Shown one piece after another: positions 11,540 through 23,267 of a stretch of DNA of 64,000 nucleotides; positions within the stretch are counted from its first letter, which is position 1; every line of letters begins with the position of its first letter. The notes under the pieces are model-generated. The model saw only the letters and a program-made list of their open reading frames with translations, was not told where the DNA came from and did no database searches. The translations under genes were made by a program, and so were the position numbers. Where the stretch lies: the NCBI GenBank assembly GCA_013115145.1, contig JAAPAO010000064.1, positions 32,346 through 96,345 on the forward strand, written 5' to 3'. The DNA comes from Perkinsus chesapeaki ATCC PRA-425 (Eukaryota; Protista; Perkinsozoa).

Positions 11540-13024
11540 TTAACTTGACTTCGAGCTTTCTCGTATAAGGGAATGAAATGTGAGGTTGCCAGGCAGAATA
11601 ACGTCTTCCTTCACAAACAGCAACTCGTCCCACGAACTCCCTGACAATTATACCATCCCATACCATCCAGCCCGGGAATCTTACCTCCCACATTGCGGCC
11701 TTTGAGCTCGGGAAAGTCCGCCTCCAACTGAGTGCGATCTTCTCATAACACCCACTTCACCGCCCGAGACTCACCTGACTCTTGCATTTGGCCAGGAAGT
11801 CCGACACAGTGCAGCCCTGAGTGACCGCTATCGTCCGACGATGATTAGCTCCATTGAAATAGCTATACGTGATCTTTAATGGCAGACCTGAGCCGTCAAG
11901 CCTTCTATCCGGAATATGCTTTCTTACATCGATTTGTCGTATTGTAAAACCTCTATGTTTGAAATTTCAAATTCGAAAGATTGGACACGTGATACCGCCC
12001 CTAAGTGAATACAGCCTTCAGCTGACCGGTACCATATCTACCTTTCTGCTTCTCCTGCTCTTGATAGTATTCCTTTATAAGCTTCTCCCTGTCCTCTTCT
12101 AGCGTTGCATCCCTGGTAGCATCCGGGAGGAAATCCGTTCTAGCATTCGGATCCTGAAGCTCAGAGACTCCTCTATGTAACCCCACCCGCCTAACGCTAC
12201 GTCCCGCTGCCTGTACGCTCCTCCGTTGAGGACTTTATGCTATTTTTTCATTTGGACGTTGCTTCTATTAAAAAGAGTTCGATAGACGGAAGTCGAAAGA
12301 TGATTTAGTATAGGTTTCGAATCTTTCATTCTACTTTCTACCACATCTGTTCCCTACATGACCATACTATCAGCCCGCCCCTACCAAGCCCTATGAGTAT
12401 CACCTTTTTAAGCTTCGGTATGACCGCCTTCAACCGATTACCGCTCTTCTCGCTACCGTCTTCCCCTCCACTATCACTGGAGGATGATTCGTCCTCCTCC
12501 TCCTCATCCCCAAATGACAGGGCCACTTTATTGATACATTTCCGTTTCTTACTCGCAGATGTGATGCCTTCTGCACCAGACAAAACTACCAGTCGCCGAC
12601 TCTCCAAGCCCCGTACTGTTGGCCGCCGCTGGTTTCGAGGCACCCATCAACTGCGACTCTGTGGCCGAGAACTCATCTGCCTTCAATAGCTCATCGATCC
12701 TTCTCCTCTTCTCCACGTAATCAGACCTTCCCTCACCGTTCACCTCAGCTCTAGCTCTCCATCTTACCGAGACTGCAGCCCCACTGTCTGTTTATTAAAC
12801 TCGGCCTCCAACGACTCCAACTTACTAGTTGCTGATGATGGCGCCATAGCCCTAACTTCGCAAGGACGGCTAGGAAACAACTTGAGTCGCCTGCAGGGTA
12901 CCTTTTTGCCAGCTTCTCCGTCTGATGCTCGAGATCCTTCTTTTCCTTCGATAACTTCTCCCGAGTCGCCTAAAAAAACACGGTGCCGCCGGCCTTCTGT
13001 GAAGTAGTGGAATTTTGCACCCAT
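11540..13024 (-). CDS. XAP5: XAP5/FAM50 family nuclear protein (3' end unresolved)
   Basis: LESLEAEFNKQTVGL, KVALSFGDEEEE, DPNARTDFLPDATRD...EEDREKLIKEY, LKITYSYFNGANHRRTI and LLFVKEDVILP are FAM50/XAP5 signature blocks. Confidence 0.85.
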
Positions 13025-13323
13025 TCTTTATTGAATAGTGATGTATAATTGAATGCTTATTGAACCTTGGAAAATATATATTCCTAGAAAAGTGCACTAT
13101 ACAACCCACTGTGAGTTACTCACACAGTTCCTGTCTATCGCACAATTGTCGTACCACGCTATTACTAGCTTTATGTACTCGTCATATTCTACTAATTCCT
13201 CACTCTGCTCACTGCTCTATTTTCCTTCGGATGTACCTTATCCTTGTGGCGTTTAATAACACTGCAAAAGTAAAGCATTAAAATACCAAAACCTCTCCAG
13301 GAGTAGTACAGACAAAGCCTAAA

Positions 13324-13994
13324 GTGCCAGACCTAGCTCGAAACTCAGAACCGCGGGCTGCCGCACGACTCTCATTTTCTGAATGCCATTTCCCGCTTGA
13401 CTATGTTCCCTCTCCTTTTCTACGCTGCCGTTTCCTATCTGACAGTTTTTCTATCAGATTCTCCCCACATAGGCACCCATTCACCAAGCACTACCTCTCG
13501 CGCTTTTAGCAGCTTATACGCCCTTTGGCTCTCACAGGATTGAATAGTTTGCAGCACAGCATTGCCAGATTCCATACCGGCCTCCACAGAAAATATACCT
13601 GGAGAATGGCGGTCCCTTTACACTATAACGCAGTGCCCGCACGGGGAGGAGAAAGAAACAGTGGATAAGTTAGTATTGGACGTTAGTTGATGTGAGGCGA
13701 CTCAGTCCGTGATGGGGATACCTGACAAATGAGAACGAGTATCCGGATGGAGAAAACTGAGTTATACGCATATCATAGTCTGGTGACTTCAGAGAAGAGC
13801 CGAAGCTAGAAGTGTGTGCGATTAGTTTTCATTAAAAGTAGCCTTCTGAATTTCACGAATAAGAGCATGAAACCTGCTGGAATATACCAATTGAGAGTAT
13901 CAGTACAGGGTGCTGCAAAAATAGGCCCACCCCCTAGCACCCTATATGATGATGACCGTATATATAATACTACCACACTGCTATAATACAACAA
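13324..13994 (-). CDS. Possible small multi-exon membrane protein
   Basis: Hydrophobic ORF 13806-13994 (WYIPAGFMLLFVKF) and plausible short introns; the gene model is not resolved. Confidence 0.25.
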
Positions 13995-14153
13995 CAGCTG
14001 TTTGTAACTTAGTTATACCGATGGATACCAGCCCCTTCAGCCGCACTGTTATGTGGATTCGGCAAGGTTTTCCTTAAGAACTTAAGGGTCTATTAGTGCC
14101 AGACTGATAGGCGAAGCGCCCATGCTGTACTTGGCCATACCACTGTGGTGTCC

Positions 14154-15553
14154 CTATCTACCTTCCTTCTTCATCCTTTCCTCAAGCCTCTCAACAGCAG
14201 CATAGGCCGCATCTCGCTGCATCTCCTCAGTTCTAGTATTCTTCCCTATCTTATACATCCAGGTGCGGATCTCTGCCAGCCACGCCTTCACTGGCGTTTT
14301 CAACAGCAACGACACGTATATCTCGTCAACCACAGCCTTAACGTTGCACACGCGGACGCATTTGATCCAAGGCCGAAGCAGATTGAAATCTGTCGAGAGA
14401 ACTGCGGTCTTCGTCTCGTCATCGGCCGCTTTTATCTCAGCTGTCCACTCATCCCAGAACACTCGGGCGCAGTGCATGACTACTGAGGGAGTGCCTGAGC
14501 ATAAGGAAGTAACGGTTATCAATTGGAGCATCGTGGTGGTGGTGGTATATAAAGCGAGTCCATATAATATATTCCTATACCGACTACGGGGGCCTTGAGG
14601 GGGTCTCAATACGACGATACTCAAAGTAAGGTTACCATTGCACAGTATGCTGCTGCCCCCCGACATAGACACAAACGCCCCATCCTACGCCACCACTACT
14701 GAAGCCTAAGGCCGCCGCCTCCCACTATAGTACACTTCTTCCTGTCTAATATATCCTCATCTAGCAGTCTGCGTATAGACTCGATGCTTTGGACCTTTAT
14801 GGAGTGGTTAAGGAGCTCGGCCACGGCTATTCGGAGCAGAAGCTGGTACTTATTTATACGGTGTTTGTCCAGCTGTGATGGGAAGAAGAAGAACAAGTCA
14901 CGCGCCATGATATTCAAGCTAGTATTACCTTCTCCCATTGCTCATTGACTGTGAACCAGAACGCCTTCCACCAGGTTAGGTAGGCCTCTTCGTTGGTGAA
15001 GACTCGAGAAAGCTGCACCATTTGAGCTGCCGTCTACAACAACATATCGGGATCGGGGAGTAAACTTCACGCATTCTACATTCTGCTGGACACCTCGGCC
15101 ATCCGCCATCCACAGCACGAACCAGAGTCCACGCCAGAGCTTCCGAGCATCATGCTCGCCCAGGACCTCCCAGTGAGAGCCTGCCAAACCAAATGCTGCA
15201 GGAAATCTCTCTCTGCATTACCCAGCCACTTAGCAAGCATCTTGAAGCCCTTCACTCGGACAGAAGCGTCAGTGTGGGAGAGCTTTTTGCCAAAGTCGAG
15301 GGGCTCTTGAAGGTTCAACTCCTTCTTAGGTTTCGCCGATGCTATCCTCGCTCGCTTGGCCTTATCCCTGCGATAAAACTACTGCTTGTCTCTTATCTTT
15401 GAGTCTGCGTTACCCCTTGCCGGCCTCAGCAGGCTGTGCCCTCTTCTTCGGCGAGGGTGCCGCCGGCTTCGGTGCCTCCGTGATTCGAGTCGGAGCCTCC
15501 GCGGTACTGAAGCAACATACGTCTCACGCTGCGGGCGAAACTCTTTCCGACAT
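14154..15553 (-). CDS. RRP1: RRP1/Nop52 nucleolar rRNA-processing protein (5' end approximate)
   Basis: DFGKKLSHTDASVRVKGFKMLAKWL and KLWRGLWFVLWMADGRGVQQ match the Nop52 N-terminal signature (KLWKGLFYCMWM.DK). Confidence 0.8.
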
Positions 15554-15769
15554 CTTCCCAACGACACTCCCGCGGACACTGGCGGTTCGCCATAGTAAAT
15601 TCTCAGAACACTTCAGCTGTCGGTTATGTGAGAAGAGGTGTGTACAAAGATTGGTAAGTAGACCAATTTCAACTCGGAACTTTTCCAGATTTTGCCAGAG
15701 TAATTTTTACAAACAGAAAGTCTGTCCCTTGAAAGCTTTACTAAAAAATTTTCCCTCCCCCGTCCAATA

Positions 15770-16116
15770 TTACGCCTCCACTGCTGTGTCCTGTATTTCA
15801 TCGTCATGGTGGTGATCCTCGCAGTGGCAGTGGGCATGGTGCAGCATGGCCTTCTCGATAGCCAACGCCTAAAAGCCTCTGGTGACGGTGTACGTGAGGT
15901 CTTACCTTCTTCCGTCGGACTAGCTTGTTGATCCTCTCACTGGCTGAGGACATGTCGCAAAACAACAAACGTCTAAAGTCTTGGGATTGCGAAAGGATCC
16001 AATTTCGTGGCGCGCGACTTTCTCGACATACTTTCGTGGCGAGCGACTCTACCTTCTATTTTCTGGCGCGCGACATTTCGTACCTTGCGGCGCGTGACGG
16101 TTTCTTTTCTGCGCAT
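15770..16116 (-). CDS. 73-aa basic microprotein with a His/Cys-rich acidic tail, 3 exons (not in ORF track)
   Basis: Exons 16116-16032, 15943-15906 and 15868-15770, with GT-AG introns of 88 and 37 nt, splice in frame: MRRKETVTRRKVRNVARQKIEGRVARHETSERINKLVRRKKALAIEKAMLHHAHCHCEDHHHDDEIQDTAVEA*. Confidence 0.55.
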
Positions 16117-16323
16117 GATGCTTCCCTACGATCGTCCGAGGTCTTAAGCTCAGTACGGCAGCTCTTCCTCCCCTCACACTTGTACAATAACCTCTCTCAA
16201 CTCTACGGTGCTCTGTAGACGGCTGATCTTCTCAGTAGAGGGTCTTTTGGTTAAGTAAGGCTCTTATTCTCCTACCCCTTACAGTTGCCCACTTGCCCAG
16301 CAGCTGCGATATTTGGCTTTGCA

Positions 16324-18057
16324 ATGCCAAGCATATCAACGCTTCTCCGTGGTCCTCTGGTGGTCAGCGTTCTGTCGTCTATATTGGTCTTGTTTTATCG
16401 GTGGCCGGTCTACTTCCCGTCGGTCCAACTTGACCTCCCCCTGGTCTTGGTCGCGCTGCCCTCGGGCTCGCTTTGTAGTCATCCGGAGCTCCCCTCTCGG
16501 CAAGGCCCTCCCTACTGTAACGATCCCCTCCGAGGCGTCCTAGGGACCATCTGTCCGCTCAACGACTGTGAGGCCGAATGCCAGGCTGATCCTTGGTGTC
16601 GCCGGCAACGGTCGCGCTACCGCCTCCTCGAGCCCACGATCACCTCAGACGGAGTGCTCCGGGTCGGAGTTGTTGGCCCTTCTCGTCAAAGCGTGGTGAC
16701 CGGCAAGCTGGGTTGCAATGACGAGCTCTTTGGTGTGATTAGAGGCCCTGCGATTCTCCCTTTGGACTTCGTCCCTGCTTCGAGCCCGTTGGTCGCCGTT
16801 GGTGAGGAGTGCCACTACTCTGCGGTCGCACGGCTCATCGTCGGCGGCCGGTACTTGATGTCGGTCTCTGTGGAGCGCCTCGCTGACCATGCCTCGCTCG
16901 AGCCGGAGGTGTCTCTGCCAGACCGGAAGATGGTTTGTTCTGAGTTGTCCGAGCACCCTAGCAGGGTGGCATCTTTGGAGATGTTCTGGCCATTGAACGC
17001 TACAAGCGCATATCTTGGGGCTGAGGTCCTTCCCCGGCTGAGTCTGATAGACGTTAATGTTCCTCCGCTGGTCGGCTGCGGTAGGTTGTCCGAGGCTGAG
17101 CCGCAGTGGTTGCATTACACTGTGGTGGCTGATGTGGTGAAGATCTGTGGTGTCGACGTCGAAGAGTATGACCTCTCTGACAACTACATTTGGTTTAGTC
17201 CGAACCGAAGTCCTGCTTTTCTCAAATCTGACGAGCGGCTGAAAGCTCTGGGTGATCGGAAGGTCCTTTTTATCGGCGACTCTACTGTTGAGGATATCTG
17301 GCGGTTATGGTCTAGCAAGCATCTGAACGCTGTGTACGAGAAGGTTTGGGGCACATATGAGTTCATGTACTCCTCCGAGTCGAACCCTTTCATGTGTGGA
17401 GAGGAGACTATGTTGGCCGGGGGTTGGCGAAGCGTGAAGGCTGTGGCGGACAGGGTGGCCGAGGTTGAACCTGCTGTAGTCATCTTGGGTGAGAATCTTC
17501 ACACTCTGAAGAAAGTTGGTTTGGCTAGTTATCGGTCGCTGCTGCGGAAGCTGTTCGGGGCGGTACGTGGGGCTTGCAGCAATTGTGTGTTAGTTTTCAA
17601 GCCGACGACTCAGCCATCGGGGCGGCGGTGCGGTTGCTCGGAGGACATGGAGGTATCTAGGTGCGCATTTGATTTGTTTTACGGTCGGGAACGGCTTCGT
17701 CGAGCGAATGAAATGGCGAGCGAGATCGGACGAGAGTTTGGTGTTGTTACTGTTGATGATATCTATAAGGTAAGCTTGGCGAGGCCAGAACTGTCCAGGG
17801 ATGGCATACACTGGTCGAAGTCTTTCTTCCCGTGTCCCGAGGAAGAGGGGTGCAGTGCAGCGGCCTGTGAGGACTATGCAGCTGGCAATTGGCAGCCTGA
17901 GCCTCTGGGGGCGGCGGTGTCGAATAGGAGCACATCTGTCAACCCGGCGGCTTCTCGGCGGAAGAACTTTTATCGAGATTTGTATCCGGAGTCGGTCTTG
18001 GCCGTGAGCGCTGGGCTGATTGAAGAGGTTATTGCTGCTGAGTTGATGATGCATTAA
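16324..18057 (+). CDS. Type II membrane SGNH-fold esterase/O-acetyltransferase (TBL/PC-esterase/NXPE-like)
   Basis: Intronless; N-terminal TM segment, Cys-rich stalk, KVLFIGDST (GDS motif) and RDGIHW (DxxH motif). Confidence 0.7.
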   Translation: MPSISTLLRGPLVVSVLSSILVLFYRWPVYFPSVQLDLPLVLVALPSGSLCSHPELPSRQGPPYCNDPLRGVLGTICPLNDCEAECQADPWCRRQRSRYRLLEPTITSDGVLRVGVVGPSRQSVVTGKLGCNDELFGVIRGPAILPLDFVPASSPLVAVGEECHYSAVARLIVGGRYLMSVSVERLADHASLEPEVSLPDRKMVCSELSEHPSRVASLEMFWPLNATSAYLGAEVLPRLSLIDVNVPPLVGCGRLSEAEPQWLHYTVVADVVKICGVDVEEYDLSDNYIWFSPNRSPAFLKSDERLKALGDRKVLFIGDSTVEDIWRLWSSKHLNAVYEKVWGTYEFMYSSESNPFMCGEETMLAGGWRSVKAVADRVAEVEPAVVILGENLHTLKKVGLASYRSLLRKLFGAVRGACSNCVLVFKPTTQPSGRRCGCSEDMEVSRCAFDLFYGRERLRRANEMASEIGREFGVVTVDDIYKVSLARPELSRDGIHWSKSFFPCPEEEGCSAAACEDYAAGNWQPEPLGAAVSNRSTSVNPAASRRKNFYRDLYPESVLAVSAGLIEEVIAAELMMH

Positions 18058-18178
18058 CATGATAATGATAATGTGTGTCTTCATTTCTAATTAGCCAGTG
18101 TGTTGAATTAACCAATAGGCTGCCTAGAGGAGGGCTTATGCTTGCCAAGCTATTAGCATATTATCGTACACGCAAATC

Positions 18179-20550
18179 ATGACTGTCGAGATACCCACGT
18201 CGACCGTCCCCACTGAACGTCAGAGACCTAATGCAACCTTGGCGCCGTGGTTTGAGGGCTATCACCAGCCCCAGACCGTGGCCGATGCTGCTGCTACTGG
18301 GCAGCCAAAGTCAAGTCACTATGAGAAGAACAAGTCGCAGGAAGGGGCCCTTGAAGGCTTTCCTCCAGTGCAAGCTAATATCCAAGAACCATATCATAGG
18401 TAGGTGACAGCTGGGTGACGCGTGGTCATTATTTTGATCAGATCACACACCGCCGTAGAAAACGATTTCATCAGTATTCTATCCGGAACCAATTTCGACG
18501 AGTCCCCGCCGCCGCCGAGACCGGCCACTCCGACTGATGTTGAGGCTGTGGCCAGTCAGGCGGCTGCTATGATTGAGGAGGTCCTCGCTGGTGGAGGAGG
18601 GGACGCTAAGGGTAAGGGGGAGGCCTGCTGCTACGGCGGTGAGGGAGGCTGGTGAGCAGGTTTGATCGGAGAACTTGTCCAGAATTCGGACACTCTGTGC
18701 GCTCTTCTTGGCGAGCTGGAGCGTCCAGCTCAGACTGCTCAGGCCAATCCATGTAGGTTGGGTGGTATCATTGCTGCTGTTGATGAGCCTGCTTGGTTCA
18801 GGGTCAACCCCGCAGGTTACCGAACATTGTTTTTGTAAGTTGCTTATCACTCATAAGCAAGCCGGTGCCATTATTGGCAAAAACGGCGCTGAGATCGCCG
18901 CCATGGAGAAGGTACGGACATAAAGTCATTAGTTTTTATTTATGACCTTTCTTCAGGCTGCTCATGTGACCGCTAAGGTGTCCCCGGGCGGCAGCTACTT
19001 TCCTGGCACCACCGACCGTATCATGGTCCTCTCGGGGAAGGGCCACAGCATCCGTGCGGTGAGTCGACAGCAGTCTTGTGTGGGTTTTAGTACAGTGGCG
19101 TGGTCAGGCTCTGCACGAGGTTGTTAACAAATTCGATTACTGCAATCAAGTTGCTCAGGCCCAGGAGGACGCCAAGTCCACGTTCCTTGGAGCAACTAAC
19201 GTATGAACCGAGGCACCGCCTCGCTGATGCCAAACGGTCTCTCGATCAGGTTGTTAGTCGTCCTCGCCCCCTGCCGATGGTCCTGCGTATGGTGGTGCCC
19301 AACTCCAGTGTGGGGACTTTAATGGGCAAGCAGGGCAGAGATATAAGGTAGTAGCCTTACCGCCGCCAAAGGCGAGCTTTATTGCTCTCTTTGCTTAGAC
19401 AATTGGCTATAACCTGCGGAGTCCACATACAGATTTCACCGAGGCTGACAGGCGTGCTTGAGGTGAGCTGGTCTTGTTGTTGGCACCGAGTGACCAGTGT
19501 GCGTTCAGCGCGTCGTCAACATCACAGGAGCGAGTCACCAGTGCATGCTGGCTGGCTGCTCTATCGTCGAGGTGATTCGCCATAATCCACACGTCATCGA
19601 ACATTCTAACGTGCTGGTAAGCATTGCCTCGGATACCTAGGATTGAATCACCACCATGCTCTTAGATATACACACCATATCAGCACAGACTCGCCGCCAA
19701 GCAGGCCGAGTCCTTCAGAGACTACCACATGGCCGCTAACAACGATTCTCCAAGGGAGAGTCCGTTTGACCCCTCCCCGTTCGCCAGGTAGGCATCTAAC
19801 TTGAGCGTTCTCGCTTCACAAGTTTCATTTTTTCAGCACTGCTGCCGACGGTGACGCCCTATCTCGTCGTGGGTTGATGAGCAAACTGCTGGCCAAGAAA
19901 CGCGAGGAATCCCCTCCTATTGTTCGTGAAGCGAGATCGGTCAACGAGAACCTTCCTCCTCACATCGCCGCTGAAGAGAGACTAAGATGTCATGTGCGCT
20001 CGGAGATCCAGACCAATCTGGTGAAGGAGGCCAGAGTCAGGGCGGCCAGGCTTGAGAAAGAGCTCGGACCGTCCCTGTTGGGATTGGGACCCCGCGCGGA
20101 GATCAACCTCATGGTCCAGGCAGCTAACTCAAGGGTGACCGACGAGGATCAGCAGCACACCTATTCCGGCGGAGGACCACTGGCTCGTGAGACCGCCGAG
20201 TTGTACAGAAGACTCTGTGGCGAGGATGACGGAGGGAGAGTTTGCGGGGTGCCCGAGGTTATGATGACTAACGACACAGCTACAGCTATCACCGTGGCCG
20301 TGCCGGCCGTAACCTCCGGCGGCGGGGGAAGTTCGAGTTCGAGCAACATCAGCCCTGATCGCAGCAGCGCTGGTGATGGGAAGCCTAAGAAGGGCGAGTT
20401 CGCCGACTCCACTTGCAGTGAGTCCTCCATGAGATTCCTGGCCGCAGCTGGTGAGTGAGGCTGTGAGAGATTGTGTATGATGTATTCGCAGGTATTCCCG
20501 TGCCCCTTCCAGCGGTGAATGAGCAAGCTGCTGGGCATCATCAAGAGTAG
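18179..20550 (+). CDS. KH-domain RNA-binding protein (Nova/PCBP-like), intron-rich
   Basis: KH1: CKLLITHKQAGAIIGKNGAEI...FPGTTDRIMVLSG. KH2: LRMVVPNSSVGTLMGKQGRDIR...IQISP...ERVVNITG. Both carry GxxG loops. Confidence 0.85.
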
Positions 20551-21470
20551 AGCCTCGATGAAGATGTGAAGAATGAAGCTTGTTTATGAGGCTGCTCTGC
20601 CTCTTGCATCTCTAAGATCGCCAATGCGATGCACTTGCGAGATGCTGGCTTATTATTTACTATTATTTTTGTCTATTATTTCCGCCTATCTTTATTAACC
20701 CTTTCTATTGAATGGGGCCTATGCTGCCTCCTAGAGGCATCTCACGCCTTCTCGGCGCTTCTTAGTGCTGCCGAATCGGCTGGTAGTGATGATAATTACG
20801 ATGATCCTATTGTTCTAACTGAACTCGCACCCTCGCTGGAGGGTCCCAAACTTTTTGCTGTGCCCTTGTATTAGTCCAGCGCAGCGCAGGGGCGCCGGCG
20901 ACGGCATCAGCAATGGTTATTCTTTATTGAGTAATTACGGCAGCGGTAACAGTATAAGTTGCTGCCTGCTTACCCCTGCTAGTATTGAAGCCGAGTAGTC
21001 CTCCTCTTATTATTAGTAGCACTCCTCGATAACGTATGCTTTCCTAGCAGTAGGAATGACAGGCGTGTTGTATAGATTAATGATGATGATTTTTAATGCT
21101 GTTTAGTAACGTATAAGATGTCCCTTAAGGACAGCAGTATAGTGTGATGATGCATGATGATGATTATGGTTATGATGGTCTTACCACATGGTGAGCCACC
21201 GTGTCAGCAGCAGCTCTTACTGTTGTGTTATTATGCCCTGCTGTGGAGGATAAGGGACGGAGCAATCAATGGAGGAGACAACGAAAGCGATCGATAATTC
21301 CCGGGTGTTTGAGGAACTTTACGCAAGAAATTACTGCAGAAAATCTCCCGAAATTTCCTGAAATTTTTGGCAAATTATCGTTTTCTGGATTGATCTTGTA
21401 TATCTTATTTCTGCGTCTTCAGTCGATATCCCATTTGATTGATCCGTGCGGGTATCGCATCATCGCGTTG

Positions 21471-22817
21471 ATGCCTCCTCCTAGCCTGCAATTGAAATCC
21501 TTATCAACTGAGTCGTTGTTGGCACCTGACTCCGAGGAGGAGGAGGAAGAGTGAGCGTGCTTTGGTATTGCTGGAACACACACGTGTTAGGGCGACCGAC
21601 TTGAAGCCTCGAAACGACTCCTCCATTGATTGGCGGAAGACCAGCACCATTTCGACCATCGGCAGTCTGTCAGGTCTTAACGGTAAGCTACCTCCCTGAC
21701 GTATCCCGATTTGGCTGTGTTAGGCAGCGAGAGTCTCTTGGAGGCGTTGGCCGGCCTGCAGGCAGCGGTGGAGCGCAGTAATGATTTAACGGCGACGCAG
21801 CTGCAACCGGCAGCGAGAAGAAGTGGGCATGTCACAGGCGAGGGAGGATTAGGGTGGTTATTAGGTTCGGTAGTGAGCCCTTTGGCGGCGGCAACGGCGG
21901 AGCAGAAGGCTGAGATATTGATAGAGAAATACAGGGAGAGGCTGGATGCTGAGAATGAGATAGGCGTTACTGCAGCACTCATAGCAGGTGGGCCTGCGGT
22001 GTTACTCCATTTTACCCGCGTGACCTCTAATGATCTAGTTTCGTGCGGCTGGTACCAAACCTAGTTGACCCACCTACTCATATACTATTCAGTACTTAGT
22101 AAACAGAAGATGCACAAGCAGCTGATAAGTATCGATAGTCGACGGCAGAAAATGTGACGCAGCATAATATAGCATATTGCCGATATACCCTTTCAACGAC
22201 GCAGGGTCGAACTTCACAAGCCGCATCATCATCACCCTTCAGGTTTCTCCCTCTCTATGTTGACAGCAGTCGACCCAAAGATATTCGAAGTGTCTCCTTT
22301 ACTATACATCTACGTCCTTCTCCTGTCATTTGTCGGCGGCTTTAATATGCTTAACGTCATCATATCGAGCTTCGTCTACTTCACTGGTCACAGGATACTC
22401 TCCAAGACTCGAAAGGGCCCCAGGGACAACGCTCGAGATTTCGTCGCCTTCTGGGACAACGGTACGTACGCCTTCCTCAGGCGGCTCAGCCGGGACTACT
22501 TCGTTCTCTCGATACCAATGTTTCTATTTGCCGTTGGAGTCCAACTAGTTGCGGTGATGCCGTTGCCCCTCGGCGCCACCGCCTTCATTGTCCTATTTCT
22601 TCTCGGTGCGCTGGGATTCAAGTGTTCCAACTTGCTCCAGGAGAGCATGGGGGCCAAGCCGCTCCGAGCGGCCACAGTCGAGTCGGCTCAGGTGGTCCTG
22701 TACTTCCTGAGAAAACTAGCAGCCCGATACGGCCTAGCGCAGCAGGTGGCGGAGGAGGAGCTCGGTATCCACCAGACTTTGCGGTCCTCCTGGAGTTTTA
22801 CCAAGAAAGAGCTTTGA
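21471..22817 (+). CDS. Four-TM membrane protein with Orai-like TM1 motif
   Basis: Spliced VTAALIAG|FSLSMLTAVD followed by three more hydrophobic helices; introns at ~21551-21590, ~21683-21723 and 21988-22242. Confidence 0.55.
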
Positions 22818-23267
22818 GACATTCTCGTATGATATATAAAATCGCTTCATTGCAATGTACTGTTGTTGTTAAGGTTCTCTGTTGTCGTGTACTTTGTTGT
22901 GTTCATCTGCCTAAACTGTCCCTGCATGTGGTTGGGATTTTCCCAACCAGAGGTCTAGCGTTCGAGCACTTCGAACCAGTCGAGAGAACAATCCCTGAAG
23001 TTCATTCTACGTCTCGGGAAAACCGTTTCAATATGCTCATTTTCGTGGGACCCTGGGTTGAGGCTTTGAGATCGAGGCAACCGGAACAGTTGAAAATGTT
23101 GGGAGGCTCGGCAATTGGTGAAGAACGAAGACCATCGCCGTACTGTCCGTTCGATGATGCTGCCACTATGAGTTAGGCCGTGCCAGTAGCAACTGCGAGT
23201 ACTGCCGCGTTGTGGACGGAGGTCTCATTACTTTATATCTTCATTCAGCTTCTGCTTGCTTTGTTAC

